Origin: Lophium mytilinum
Lineage: Eukaryota
Direction: 5' to 3'
Assembly: GCA_010093605.1 (NCBI GenBank)
Contig: MU004194.1
Span: 658,323-722,322, forward strand
Length of the DNA: 64,000 bases
Shown: positions 1 through 12,136 of the stretch, piece after piece
Position numbering within the stretch: the stretch's first letter is position 1
How the letters are laid out: every line of letters starts with the position of its first letter
The notes under the pieces: model-generated
The model's input: the letters and a program-made list of their open reading frames with translations, nothing else
Databases searched by the model: none
What the model was told of the DNA's origin: nothing
Program-made: the position numbers and the translations under genes

Positions 1-523
1 CGTCGAGAAGTACAAAGGGGAGGTAGAATGGGAAATGGAATGAATAGCTTCCCCGCAAAATCAGCTATGAGCAGGGGCAACCGACTTTCAAGGGTTCGAA
101 AGCAGGGGGACGGTGGGTGGTCTGATTGGCTAAATCCAGAGCATACATACAGGACCGCCTGGACTGCCCGCATGTGGTTAACCACTTAATTGATCAAGGT
201 ACACTTACGGAGTATACGTGAGACCCGCATCAACTCGCGCCCTTTTCGAAGACACAGTAGCACGAGTATTACAGGCATTCTATACATGCATCTATTGTGA
301 GTCATGTATCAGAGTCGCCTTATATATTTGACGATTTATCATCCTTCTCTCTCCTCATATATCCAGCTATCCTTTCTGTCAAGTAGTCAGTCCTCACATT
401 CATCACCTTTCAATTAGCCTATTCGCTTAGTACCAATCAACCTTTCCGTTACACACCAAAAACTCATCAGCATACCCAGACATAACTCATCCTTACCACA
501 TCTCAACTCCTCATCCTCCCACC

Positions 524-1321
524 ATGTCCTCCAGCCCCCTCAACACCCTCGCCCAGACCCTCAAATCCCTCCACCGCCCCGGCGACCCCCTCATGCTCAC
601 AAACACCTACGACGCTCTCACCACCCGCATCATCGCCGCCAACCCCCTCGCGCCCGCCCTCGCAACAGCCAGCTACGCCATCGCCGCCTCCGCCGGCCTA
701 GAAGACGACGCCCTCGACCTCCCCACCAACCTCGCCGGCATCCGCGCCATCGCCGCCGTCGCTAACGAGTTCAAGAAACCGCTGACTGCCGACTTCCAGG
801 ACGGCTATGGCGACCGGCTAGAAGAGGGCGTGCGGGAACTAATCCAGGCCGGGGTCGTGGGGATGAATTTAGAAGACTATGGGCGCGAGAAGGGCGCGCT
901 TTACGATATCGCGACCGCTTGTGGGCGTATCAAGGCGGTCTTGAGGACGGCGGGCGAGCTCGGGGTGCCGGATTTCGTGGTCAATGCGCGCACGGACGCG
1001 CTGCTTCATGGGGGGAGTGTTGCGGATGCAGTGGAGCGGGGGAGAGCGTATTTAGCGGCTGGGGCTACGACTGTTTTTGTGTGGGGCGGGAGGGCGAGGG
1101 GAGGGATTCGTAGAGAGGAGGTGAAACAGCTAGCGGACGCGTTTGGAGGCATGTTGAATGTGAGCTTGAGGTTGGACGAGGTGGATGAGAAAGGGGGGAA
1201 GAATCTGACAAGGAGGGAGCTGGGTGAGCTTGGGGTGGCAAGGATATCGGTGGGACCAGGATTGCAGGCGAAGGCTATGGCGGCATTCAAGAGGGAGGCG
1301 GAAAAGGTTTTGGGGGTTTAG
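524..1321 (+). CDS. PEP mutase / isocitrate lyase superfamily protein
   Basis: Single 265-aa ORF with family motifs ALATASYAIA, PLTADFQDGYG, GMNLED, VVNARTD, RGRAYLAAGATTVFV and GVARISVGP. No KxCGH catalytic loop after LED. Confidence 0.85.
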   Translation: MSSSPLNTLAQTLKSLHRPGDPLMLTNTYDALTTRIIAANPLAPALATASYAIAASAGLEDDALDLPTNLAGIRAIAAVANEFKKPLTADFQDGYGDRLEEGVRELIQAGVVGMNLEDYGREKGALYDIATACGRIKAVLRTAGELGVPDFVVNARTDALLHGGSVADAVERGRAYLAAGATTVFVWGGRARGGIRREEVKQLADAFGGMLNVSLRLDEVDEKGGKNLTRRELGELGVARISVGPGLQAKAMAAFKREAEKVLGV

Positions 1322-1552
1322 CTGAAGGTTTGAGTAGGATGTGATGCGAATGTGGTAGTGATGTATGCAATTACGGCTAATATACAAAGAGCACGCTTGT
1401 TATGACGAACAAGAAACAATGCCCCCAAAACGACCAAAATTCAAGCGAAATCATATATGTATTAGAACCAGACTATCCCCTTTTCGTACCCCACATGTTG
1501 CTAACTTGGAACGCGTGTTGTCTTGTCGTCCAGGCATGCGATGAGAAGCGAT

Positions 1553-2304
1553 TTACTTGCAAGCCGCCAGAAGAGCGCCGAAGTTGACGAAGACCTTGCT
1601 GATGATGAAAAGGTAAATTTGGAAGTCGATCTTGATACTCGCGATGAACTTAGCGACAACTGCGCCAATAGCAAGCAGGAACGAGATGTATCCGTGGAGG
1701 AACAGGGTAAAGGTCCAGCCAAGCAGTTCGATGATGGCTGCAGAGGCGTTAGTGAGCATTTAACGGAGTTATTGGAGAGTAGAGACATACTGATCTTGAG
1801 GACCGCAGCCGCGTACAAGAGCGTGTAGATTATTTCAATCCACACCTTGATAGCAAGGGAGACGAGGAGCTTGAAATCGATTTCGATGAGTTCAACGAGC
1901 TTCAGCTGGTAGATCTTGAGGGTTGCAAGGGAGAAGGCGGCGATAATCTTCTGGATCTGCACCTGGATGCCAGCGATGATTTCGATTTTCTTGGTGAAAT
2001 CGATGGAGATGCTCTCGCATGAAGAGATAGTAACATCTATATGTTGTCAGCAGGCGGCCGTGTGGATCAAGAACGTTTTTATGGGCATACTGATGGCCGC
2101 GGTATAGCTGAACACTTCTTTTACGAGCCCGTCTACGATAACAACGATCTCCGGAAGTGTTCGCTCCTGAACAGCGACGGCGGAAGCATCACGTTGCTCA
2201 ACCTCTGCAACGGCAACATCGCGGGTCTGGATGGAAGTCGGGGCCGCGAGGGAGCTGACGAACAGGCTCGAAAGAGCAAAAAGGGAGAATGCTGAGAACC
2301 TCAT
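1553..2304 (-). CDS. Secreted, highly aliphatic hypothetical protein (3 exons)
   Basis: Signal peptide MRFSAFSLFALSSLFVSSLA. Introns GTATGC..CTGAC..TAG (2090-2037) and GTATGT..CTAAC..CAG (~1790-1738) join three ORF-track fragments in frame, ending LLAACK*. Confidence 0.75.
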
Positions 2305-5119
2305 CTTGACTGACTTGTGTTTTGGTATAAACGAATGAATGTGGTAAGTAGAAGAAGGACTGAAACGAGTGACTGAGGTGAGCAAGAAGCTACGATACCT
2401 GATTATTGTTTGATGGTGTAGGAAGGAAAGGGTGGGCGATTGAGCATTCTATATACTGTTTCTGATATTTGCAGCCACATGTTGCCGGGGTCTGGAGATT
2501 TGCATAACAGAATCCAAATGCGAGAGATGATCCTTTCCGTTCACTAAGTCAGACCCTGAAACCTGAGGCTTCTGGGCTCCAGGGCATCCGGGGGCCTGGT
2601 GACCGCTTGGACGTCTTCAAGGGCTAAAAATGTTTTGAGTTGATGTGTTCAGCACCCGAAGCCCCATGTGGGGAAACAATACTTCACATGATAAGGGGAA
2701 ATCGCCCGGGGCTAACAGTTGTGGCAATTGATCGGAGTGAATAGTCCTGCGCTGAGTGGTGATAGGTGAGGCGGCGTTGCGGGTCTTCCCATGGCGCCGT
2801 CGAAGCGTGCTGAACGGGTTTGTCAATCATATGAAGATCACACATCACTTCCTGTTCCTGACAGCCCGCAGTGGCCAACATGGTCAGGGCTGGCTCAGGT
2901 ACCAGGAACAGATTGTGCCGCAAACGGGCCTTCATGTTGTTCGATGCTCCGGATGGCCTTTCTGTTTCCTCTGTCCAGCTTCAATTTGCAGGGTCATCCT
3001 CGAGACTGATGGCTCAGCCCAGGATGAACGTTTGCTGCGACGCATAGTCACTGAGAGAGCCTAAGAAGGGCTTTTTTGACTCTCATCCTAAGGATTGAAT
3101 ACTGGCAATTCCGATATATCGTAACTCGCGGCCAACAAAGTCTAACGAAAGAGGGCAGCGCAATCGTGGCGCCGCGTGTGCACTCGTTCAGCGCACATCA
3201 CACATAGCCTCGGATGGGTCGGCACGGGCGGGGGCCATGCGGTGAATACGGGCTTTCGGTGAGTTGTGAAGTGGTGGTCAGACTTCGGAGTACTCCGTTC
3301 TTTGCCATGTGAGTCGCGTGAGAAAAAGGGGAGTGCTCGTGGTTGTTGTTGAGGAGGAGGATCGGAAGGTGTAGACGATGGCCCGGGATGGACTAGCTAG
3401 GTCCCGCCCCCTTCACGTGTCTTCAACTGTACATGTCCACCGCTTTTCTGTACTCGCCATTGCTAACTCCAAGAGATGTGAACTGCACTTCTGCATGTAA
3501 CCCCTACGCCAATCCCTACACCTGTTCGTTCCCCACCGTTCCACGTTACACCAACGCCGCCTGAACCCCCCTGCCCCGGTCTGCCCTACATAGGAGATCT
3601 CTTGGCTCTCCCTGTAAGGCTTTTCTGTCATCATTTTTCTCACTTTGACCCTACCAATACTAGCTTCCTTGGAGACCCTAGTGTATTGTGTCCGTAGTTA
3701 TCCGACACGTCCGTCGTCTGACTTACATTCTCAACGAAGACGCCGAGCGTCTTCATCTTACTTCTTGATGCTAAGACAGACTTTCTCTCTCAAAATCTAA
3801 CCATACGGAGTGTCGTCAAGAGAGGCCTCTGGGTGGACTACGATACACGTGTATTGACGCTTGAAGCTTGGTAGGTTGGCTAGTAGATCTTGATGTACAC
3901 GACTTTGTGTGCTCGTGAATATCGGGCTGCCGCGACCGACCCTACCTACCTGTGGGTTCTTCAAGCACATGACGAGCCGAGCTTGACTACTAATACGCAA
4001 TACTAGGTTCAGTTGCACAAGCTTTGTCAAGTATCCGACTCCTCTTAGTGATCAAAAGCTCCCGGACAGTTGGAGCAGTGGACAAGAACTTCCATTACAG
4101 TCACCATCCACCCTGAAAATGAACACAGTCAACTATATGTGGTTACTTATATTACGAATCTTCAATTTGAAACTCGATAAACTTCCGTCAATCTTCATCT
4201 TTCCACTCCCGTATCAACAAGTTCGTACATACACGTAGATCCACCCACTTCGCCAAGATGGTTTCCTCCTTGCCCTCCTTGGCTCTTCCATCTACTTGGC
4301 CAAGGCGTAGACCATCTACTATACTTCCAACTTCCTAGCCTCGCATCTCTGTGAAAAGTAGGTTTCGACACAGTCAGCATAAACTCACTCATTAGTTTCA
4401 ACTCCGAAAACCTCTCCCAGGGCCTCTCCTTGGCATTCGACTCCCCCGACCAATTGTATCGCTCCCGTACCTTGCATACAACAGCCTGCTCGCCGCTAGG
4501 GATGTTGGTGCGGAGTGGGCTAGGTCTGCGGTGAAACATAAGTCTCCAAGGTCAAGGAACCCGTAGGGGAGGAGCCCTCGACGTAGGGGCAGTCACTGCC
4601 AACAGCCCGTCAACTTTGCCCCTTAGTTCATGAGTGGAAACATATATATTGACCCGTTATATTAAGAAATACGCCATCCCCTGGTGATCCTGTTAGAGGT
4701 GTTCATTAACTCGAATCCCACTCCATATACCTGGAAAAAGTTACGGCATACAATCGTCAAGAGACTGAGGGTGGTCATGGGATTACCACATCCAGGTTCT
4801 CATGCATCGCTATCATTTTCTCAACGCTAACTAGCTTCGAAGGCTCTTGAGGCTCGTTGGAGTAGGCTCAGAATTGTTGATACCCGGAATGCGGTCGTTC
4901 GGAGGCAATTGGCTGACAGAGTACGTCTTGTTACCAGCAGCAAAGACGTCGCGTTTGCTCCGCTGCAATGTTGCGCACAATTAGCGTTCATATTGATTTT
5001 AATGAGCGCATTTCACTGCTGTTCTCCAAGCAACGAGGTCGATATAGCATCTGAAAGAAAACTGTCCGCCAAAACGCTCAATCCAAAACCCAAACCACCC
5101 ACACTCAGCAAACCTTCTC

Positions 5120-6153
5120 TTACTTGAACTCCTTCGTCCTCTCCTCACACCACCCGCAAACCCATCCGCCCTCCCCTTCCCCCCCTCCTCCACACTTTTA
5201 CACGCCTCCACTAAGTTCCCCCTCAACTGCGGATGCCTCCGTCCCCACGGCACCACATACGCCCCCTGATCCCCCTCCCCCAGCTCCCCACTCAACCCCG
5301 CCCACAGCGCCGTATACGCCCCGTACCTACTCTCATACAACAACGGCCGCACCGTCAGCACCACCAACCTCGGCATATGCTGCGTCAGATTCGTAGTCAA
5401 GTTCCCCGGATTCTGCGTCACACTCAACACGCCCTGCTTCCCGACCTGCCGCGCGAGGGCGGCCGCGTGGTACCAATTCCCCAGCTTCGAGACCGCGTAC
5501 TTGATCTGCTGGCTTTGTTTCAGGTACCAACCCAGCTGCTGCTCCTCCGACCCGGCCCCCGCGGGCGTGGGCGCGGGCGCGAGGTCGGCGGGATCCAAGC
5601 CGCCCACGGGCGCTTGCGTGTCGACGGCGATCGAGGACGTCCACACCACCCGCACGCTGTGGGGTGGTGTCGCGGGGTCTTGCGCTGCGGTCACGAGGGA
5701 GGGGAGGAGTAGCTGGGTTAGGAGATACGGCCCTAGGCAGTTCGTGGCCATCATTAGCTCCTCGCTCTGCGCGGAGGTGCTGCCGAGCGGGGCGAGGGAG
5801 ACGCCGGCGTTGTTGAAGAGGACGTGGAGGTGGTTTTCTTTTGCTTGGAAGGCGGCGACGGCGGGGGCGATGGTTGAGAGGTCGGAGAGGTTGAGGTTCA
5901 GGAACTAGAGACTGCCGGTCGAAGGGGAGGTGGGGACGGCGTCTTGGATGGATGAAATGGCGGTGCTGCCGTTGGCTTCGGAGCGGCCTACGATGTAGAC
6001 GCGGTCGCCGGCGGCGTAGAGGATGTGGGCGAGGGCGAGGCCGATGCCAGAGGCGCCGCCTGTTATTAGGAAGACTTTGCCGGTTTGGGAGGGGAGGTTC
6101 TTTTCGGTGAGGGTGGGTGTGGGTGGCCACATTTGTGACCATGTTGTGCCCAT
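5120..6153 (-). pseudogene. Short-chain dehydrogenase/reductase (retinol-DH/WWOX-like) with an in-frame stop and a 3' frameshift
   Basis: Motifs TGGASGIG, LFNNAG, TNCLGPYLLT and YAVSK (YxxxK). In-frame TAG at 5905-5907 (GSL*FLNLNLSD). The family-like ending WCEERTKEFK* lies in a shifted frame after ~5155. Confidence 0.75.
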
Positions 6154-7225
6154 GATGAATGATGTTAGCTGAGCAGTGAGGTGTAGGGGTGATGGGTAGA
6201 TAGGTTATTGAAGATGCGAAGTTTGTGTGCCAATGGGGTATTCTTATAGTCAGATTTCTGAAGCCAGATGGGGATGAGGTTCAATCTTACAGTATTCTAA
6301 CCTCCGCGATCGTCGTTCTGATGGCTTTTCGGGTAAGAATTGAAAGGCAGTTTTGAGGCGCTAATCACCAGCATTAAATCGATGTCTGCTCATTCCATTC
6401 TTAAGTCAATATTTATGTTCAAAGCCTTATATATTGTGTATAGTATACGCTCTCACGGAGGTCTCGAGTGTACCGATATTGCTTGTGAATCATGAATTGG
6501 TTTACATTTTAGTTGCTTTTTATCGAACCGCAAATCGGCCCTTTTTTCTTTACCAGAAGAGGTGAGGTCGTAGGTATGGACCAATCAGTTTTGAGCGTGT
6601 AGGAAAGCGTATAGGCGTAAATCATGAGACACGAGTCAAGATGGACATATCAGGATCGAGCTAGGAGATTAATAAGGGCCATGTTGGTACAGTACAAATT
6701 TGAGACCTTCACTCATAAAGTCTCCTTGCTATTAAGCATCGGCTCCGTGGATAGTTCACTGTGCTTAGCTTTCTCCTCTACGGACAACTATACGTACGGC
6801 TTGATATATAGCCGTTCGTGCGGCCTCAACTACGGTTCACAGCTGAACTCACGAGAGCGTTTGATACTACTAAGGGAGCTAGATAAGCGGATAGGAGGCT
6901 CTTGCCGGACCTCCATGCTAATTAGAAGATTATGAGATCCAGAAAGTAGGTATGCAGGTATTAGCGCCTTAGCAGAAGGGGACGAACAACTTAGCGACGT
7001 GTGTTGATCACAAAGTTGACTTATATAGTAAGTCTTCTATCAAAGATACTCGAGTCGTTACGTTGTCAAAAGTCAGCTCGTATTAAAGCATTTCCAGTCA
7101 TCGTAACGTTTAGCTATACTTATTCCAGCAATACTCTGGTTTGTTCGTGATGTCTTGCCCACCAGATCCTCCTTTACGAGTTTTCGATCTCTCTTTCTCA
7201 ATTCCTCCTCCTTTCAACGCCCAAA

Positions 7226-8119
7226 TCAAAGCGCAATAGGACAAAACCCCTTAGTCTTCCCCTGCTCATTCTCCACACATACCTGAAGCAACCCATAATC
7301 TCGACAGCTCCCATCATCACCACACGCAAAAGCCTTGTCCTCGCACACGCCCCCGGCGCACGACAACACCTGCGAGCAATACCCACAATACACGCCCGTT
7401 GGCGTACCTTTTTGGCACTCGCACGGCGCCTTTTGCGGAAGACAAGTCAGCGGGATACGCGTCGGACACGTGAACGGTAGTAGCGTCGAGGGTGTCGAAG
7501 ACCTCGTGGGCTTCGTAGGCGTTGCGTGTCGAGTAATCGTGATGGTGCGTGTCCGTGTACGGGTGATGGTGGTGTGGACGGTCTGAACGTGAGGCGGAGT
7601 AGGGAGGAGAGAGATGGTAGTAGAGTTCGGGTACGGTATGGGTACGGCTGAAGGAGCGGTCGGGTAAGGGAGTGGTCCATTTGACGCAATCGTACCGTTC
7701 GTAGAAAGTGTGGAATTGTTGTCCCCATCGGACACTAAGAACGCGCTCCATTCTATGCTTTTAACGCGAGGCACATCTCTGGTGGTGTTCTTCATGTAAC
7801 ATGTCTTTGTGATGTCCTCGTACGAGACGCCCTTGCATCCTTGCGTCGCGTCGCAGAGGTCAAGGCAGACGGCAAAAGTCGAGGCATTGTGATTGCGTAA
7901 GTCGTTAAGAAAGAAGTCGAGGCCGCATAAGATTTGGAAGTTAGATCCGTTGCCAGCTGTATAGGTTGTGTCGTTAGACGACGGGCAGGTTGGGTTTGGT
8001 AACAGAGGGGGTCGGGGCGAGATGCGATTGTCTATGTTAAGGGAGTCTGAGCTGCTTTGGGAGGTGACTTTGATGGTAAAAAGACTGAAGAGTGTTGCTA
8101 AATGAATGAGGCGAGACAT
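7226..8119 (-). CDS. Secreted protein with PAN/apple-like domain, Pro/Thr linker and Cys-rich C-terminus
   Basis: Signal peptide. Apple-like pattern FQILCGLD..CLDLCDATQGCKGVSY..CYMK. T/P-rich linker. 12 Cys in the last ~80 aa. Confidence 0.75.
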   Translation of the reverse strand: MSRLIHLATLFSLFTIKVTSQSSSDSLNIDNRISPRPPLLPNPTCPSSNDTTYTAGNGSNFQILCGLDFFLNDLRNHNASTFAVCLDLCDATQGCKGVSYEDITKTCYMKNTTRDVPRVKSIEWSAFLVSDGDNNSTLSTNGTIASNGPLPYPTAPSAVPIPYPNSTTISLLPTPPHVQTVHTTITRTRTRTITITRHATPTKPTRSSTPSTLLPFTCPTRIPLTCLPQKAPCECQKGTPTGVYCGYCSQVLSCAGGVCEDKAFACGDDGSCRDYGLLQVCVENEQGKTKGFCPIAL

Positions 8120-10592
8120 TCTCAATAATCAATTGACTCTGAATTTATGTGAAGGACTGGTAACGCTAACAGTGTGGAAGTCTGCGGGTGGCTTTCGCGA
8201 GATATATACGCCTAATTGAAGGGCAGTACTTATGGCGGCCATGGCAACAAGGGCAGCAAGGCGCGTAGATACATGTCTCCTTCTTAGATATCTCCCCAGA
8301 TTTGCGCGTTTTCCTAAAGCGTTCGCCGTGGGTGTGTGAAACTGTCGCTAGATGAGGTTAGTAGTTAAAGCAAGGGATGCTTCGTGACCCCCTCTTGCAA
8401 TGCGACTGAATCTTGAAGATACTTTGCATTTACAAAGACAGACTAAGAGGTCAATCTTATTCTTCGCCCTGGAGAAAGTGAAATAAGACAAGTCTCGTGA
8501 ACAAGAGGCATATGACCTGGAGTTTTCTAGTTTTTAAAGATAAAATAATAGTGCTCTGATCGGAGTCGCCATCACGGTAGTGAGTATGAGCACTCGTATC
8601 ATACGCAAACATCGATATCGCCGGTCGGTATCACCCACTAGGTAGAAGATGCAAAGCAGGAGGGTGAAAGGAAAGGATGATGATCGTGACATGTGAGGCA
8701 TCTGCACTACCTTACAACTTGCGGGGAGAAGCACAGGAATGCTTTCTCAGGTCGAGGTCCAGACCATGGCAACACAAATTTTTCAGGATAATGCTCGACT
8801 TTGGAGTGCCTAATGTCTCGGATAAGAGGAGTTTCGAGAATTCCAAATTATCCGAAGCAACGCTGAAGATGGGCCTAAATTAGAGTAAGGGTTGCAACTG
8901 ATCAAGCAAAGCGGCATGAAAAATATCAAGCCCCAATAGGTGGCATGAATAGAATGGTCAAGAAAGTAAGGCTCTCTGGTTAGTGAGACAATGAGGAATT
9001 AGAATTAAGTAGACGAGGAGATGGTTAAATCCTAGCAGAAGTAGAGGAGCACGTGAGCCGGTAACATGTCATACTGTAGGAAGTAGGATCACATACCTCG
9101 ATGAATCAGGCCCGCAGTGTCGAACAACGGCACTCCGCATTGATTCCCGTCTGCCTCGTGCCGACTCTCGGGATGCCACGATTGAGGCAGGATAGTACGA
9201 TACCCAAGGCGTATGCCCGGCATTCACGAGTACTCGACATAGGACACCGAGGAATGAGCTTGAAGCTGAATACGTAAAGGCACCCAAACTCGAAAGCTGA
9301 GCGATACTCGTGACTCTCATATTGCTCAGCCTAATTTCCACCTGAATATAAAGAGTGCTCCCTTATGAACCAGCCACCTGACGATTCGCCATTACCGAGA
9401 AATCCGGAAATCTTCTTTCGAACGGCTGCTTTGCAATACGCCAAATGAGCAGGGTTATTTTTACAGTGCTGACACTACACCTAAGCATATTTTTAGCGGG
9501 CCACGGCGGGACCGAATGGCAGCGCGCCATCTCTGATCCTGCGGTGCCGCGGAGGCAGGGTGGCAGGGAGAGGGAATTTGTCAAAGAGACGGGCGGTGCT
9601 CATGTTTTGATTTCTGAACATGAAGCCCCTGCATGTCTTGTTTGCATCGTTGGCCTTGCGAGACGTTGGCCCTCGGAAACAACACTCCCGTGGTGTTTCA
9701 TGTAGCGCGGTGGCATGGACGCGTATAGTGCTGCGGCATCATTTCGCTTGCCAGAGCGGACTGGGGAATTTCTATGGGAGGGCAGGAGTTCAGGCGACCA
9801 GCTAGTGGGAGATTGAGGTCTTAACGTGCTGTAGTGCTGAAGAAACGAAAGCTCCATCAGTTCACCAAGCTGAAGGACGGTGCGCTCTAGTGCCCTCGCC
9901 GAGCGACTTTTTCGAGTCTTCCCCTCTCGAGCTGAGAAGCTGTTGGTGTTTTAGGAATTTAGAGCCATGGTAGCGCGCTGTGGTGTTGGAGCAGGTAGAG
10001 TCCAGACCCCCCGCTGGCTAAGCTCCATGGCCCACCAGCTAAGCTTTCTCCAACGGGGCGCGCTGCGATGACCAACCCCAGCGGGCTGTCACTCTGTTTT
10101 TAGCAGCATGCGTTTGCCCGCATCGGGGCCTGAAGCTCACCTCAGCCTCCAGTAGTGCTTACGGCGCCCAATCACTGCACCTGTCCACCACAAGCTTCGC
10201 TGGACAGGGCCGCTACTGTGTTTATTCGGATAGCGCCCGTCCGGCGCTGCCTATTCGCGGTTCGTTTCATCGCTCACCGTGTGCGCGGTGCTGGGTGGAG
10301 GCGATCGGCTGGCATCAGCATCCAGGGATCAGAGCCGTAGTGCTCAGCCCTCCCTTCAGGCACACCTCCACACCGCTGCGCCGCTATCATGGGCGGGAAC
10401 CCGCTGGGCGAGCCTCATTTGCGCTGTATATAATATCCACTGGGTAGGCCGCTCTGACAAAATATCCTTCCACTACATCATCGTCATCTCCTCAGTCTAC
10501 TCACTGTCCTTCGCTGCAGACCTCCATATATTCCATTATCTCCTTTCGTCTGTATCGCTTTTCTTAGTCGACCACCCTAATCAACCTTCGAC

Positions 10593-11714
10593 ATGCGTTC
10601 CGTCTTTTCTATGGCTGCCGTCGCCGGCATGGCCCTCAGCTCCTTCGTCTCCGCTGCTCCCATCGAGTCAAGAGACTCTCCCGCCTTCCCCCTCGCAGAC
10701 GGCTTCCCAAATCCTTCACATGACCAGATCCTGGCCATCCAACAGCGAGCGGGGGGCACTCTCCCCAACGCCAAGCCAGGGCCTCCAGTCAGCCAGGATG
10801 GCCTAATCAGCTTGCGTCTCATCGCCTTCAACGAGCTCTTCGAGGTGGCCTTCTTCACTGAACTCCTCACCAACCTGACCAACAAGGTTCCGGGATACGA
10901 CCTCGGCAACGGACACCAGTTCATTCTCGAAGCCATAGAAGCTGTCCTTGCAGTAAGTCCTTCTCTTCCTCCCACCTGTGGTCTTTACTGATATCCCGCC
11001 TAGCAAGAAGAACTCCACGCCCTGAACGCCAACGGCGGCCTGGTCGGCAACCACGTTGACCCCATCCTCCCCTGCAAATACAGCTTCCCCGTCTCCAACT
11101 TCAAAGACGCCATCGCGCTCGCCGCCACCTTCACCGACGTCGTCCTCGGCACTCTGCAAGACGTGCAGTTCAAGTTCGCCGCCTCAGGCGACATCGGCAA
11201 CGTGCGCGGCATCGGCTCGGTTGTAGGCCAGGAAGGCGAACAGGAAGGCTTCTACCGCCTCCTCCAGACCAAGGTGCCGTCCGCACTGCCCTTCCTCACC
11301 ACCTCGGTGCGCGACTTCGCCTTCACCGCCATCCAAGGCTTCGTCGTCCCCGGCAGCTGCCCGAACATCGACACCATCAAGCTCAACACCTTCCAGCCCC
11401 TGAACATCCTCAGCACTCTGTCCGCCAAGTCGCAAACGATCGAGTTCACCTTCGATGCGACTAAGGCCGGCACTGACGAATACTCGACGCTGAAGTTGGT
11501 GTATATCAACCAGCAGAACAACCCCATTCTGGAGACCATCACTGTCATCGAGAGGGACGGCAACATGGTCAAGGCGAGCGCGTACTTCCCATACTCCGAG
11601 TTCGAGATGAACGGCCTGACCATTGCGGCGATTGCTAAGGGCAATAACTTTGCGAATGCGGACGAGGTGGCTGCCGATGCGATTTTCGGGCCTGGCTTGA
11701 TCGAGATTAACTAA
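10593..11714 (+). CDS. Secreted ferritin-like protein, late sexual development (LsdA-like) family
   Basis: Signal peptide, LIAFNELFEVAFF, intron 10953-11003 (GTAAGT..TAG), then QEELHALNAN, GQEGEQEGFYR and PFLTTSVRDFAF. Confidence 0.8.
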
Positions 11715-12136
11715 GGGGTTGGATTGAGTGATTGGTGTTGTAATTACTTAGGGGTTTGGCTTTTTTTGGATTTTGGCATAGCATTGGCGTCTTTGGGACC
11801 GGGGGATATCCTACGACTTCAGGGGATAGATTAGTCTGTACCTTCTAAACACTCGCTACAGTGTTGAAATATTATTGATTGTTTCGATTCTGAGGACGTT
11901 GCTTTGTGATGCTCGTGGATCTTGTCGTATGGTTGTCCAGTGATCAAATCTTATGCTGCTAGGCTAAAACGTCTTCCTGAACCTCATTGACAAGGACTTC
12001 GACGTGGTTTCGTTGCAATGCTTATCATCTGTGATCTTCTTGACGTGTAGCCAAGACATTTCAGAAACCATGAGGCATTTGGCACCATCTGACCAATGAG
12101 AGCGCACGAACATGAATAGAAATAGAAAAATTGAAA

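Noticed and set aside
2617..4900. Short ORFs or a possible decayed element between the secreted gene and the SDR
   Set aside because: I found no transposase/RT motifs, terminal repeats or convincing exon chain.
5905..5907. Premature TAG in the SDR as a target of sexual-stage A-to-I editing (UAG to UGG)
   Set aside because: As I recall the family, this position is normally polar rather than Trp. The separate 3' frameshift could not be repaired by editing. Simple pseudogenisation is more parsimonious.
5333..6142. 269-aa Arg/Pro-rich ORF overlapping the SDR
   Set aside because: An alternate-frame by-product of strongly C-biased codon usage, with no protein features.
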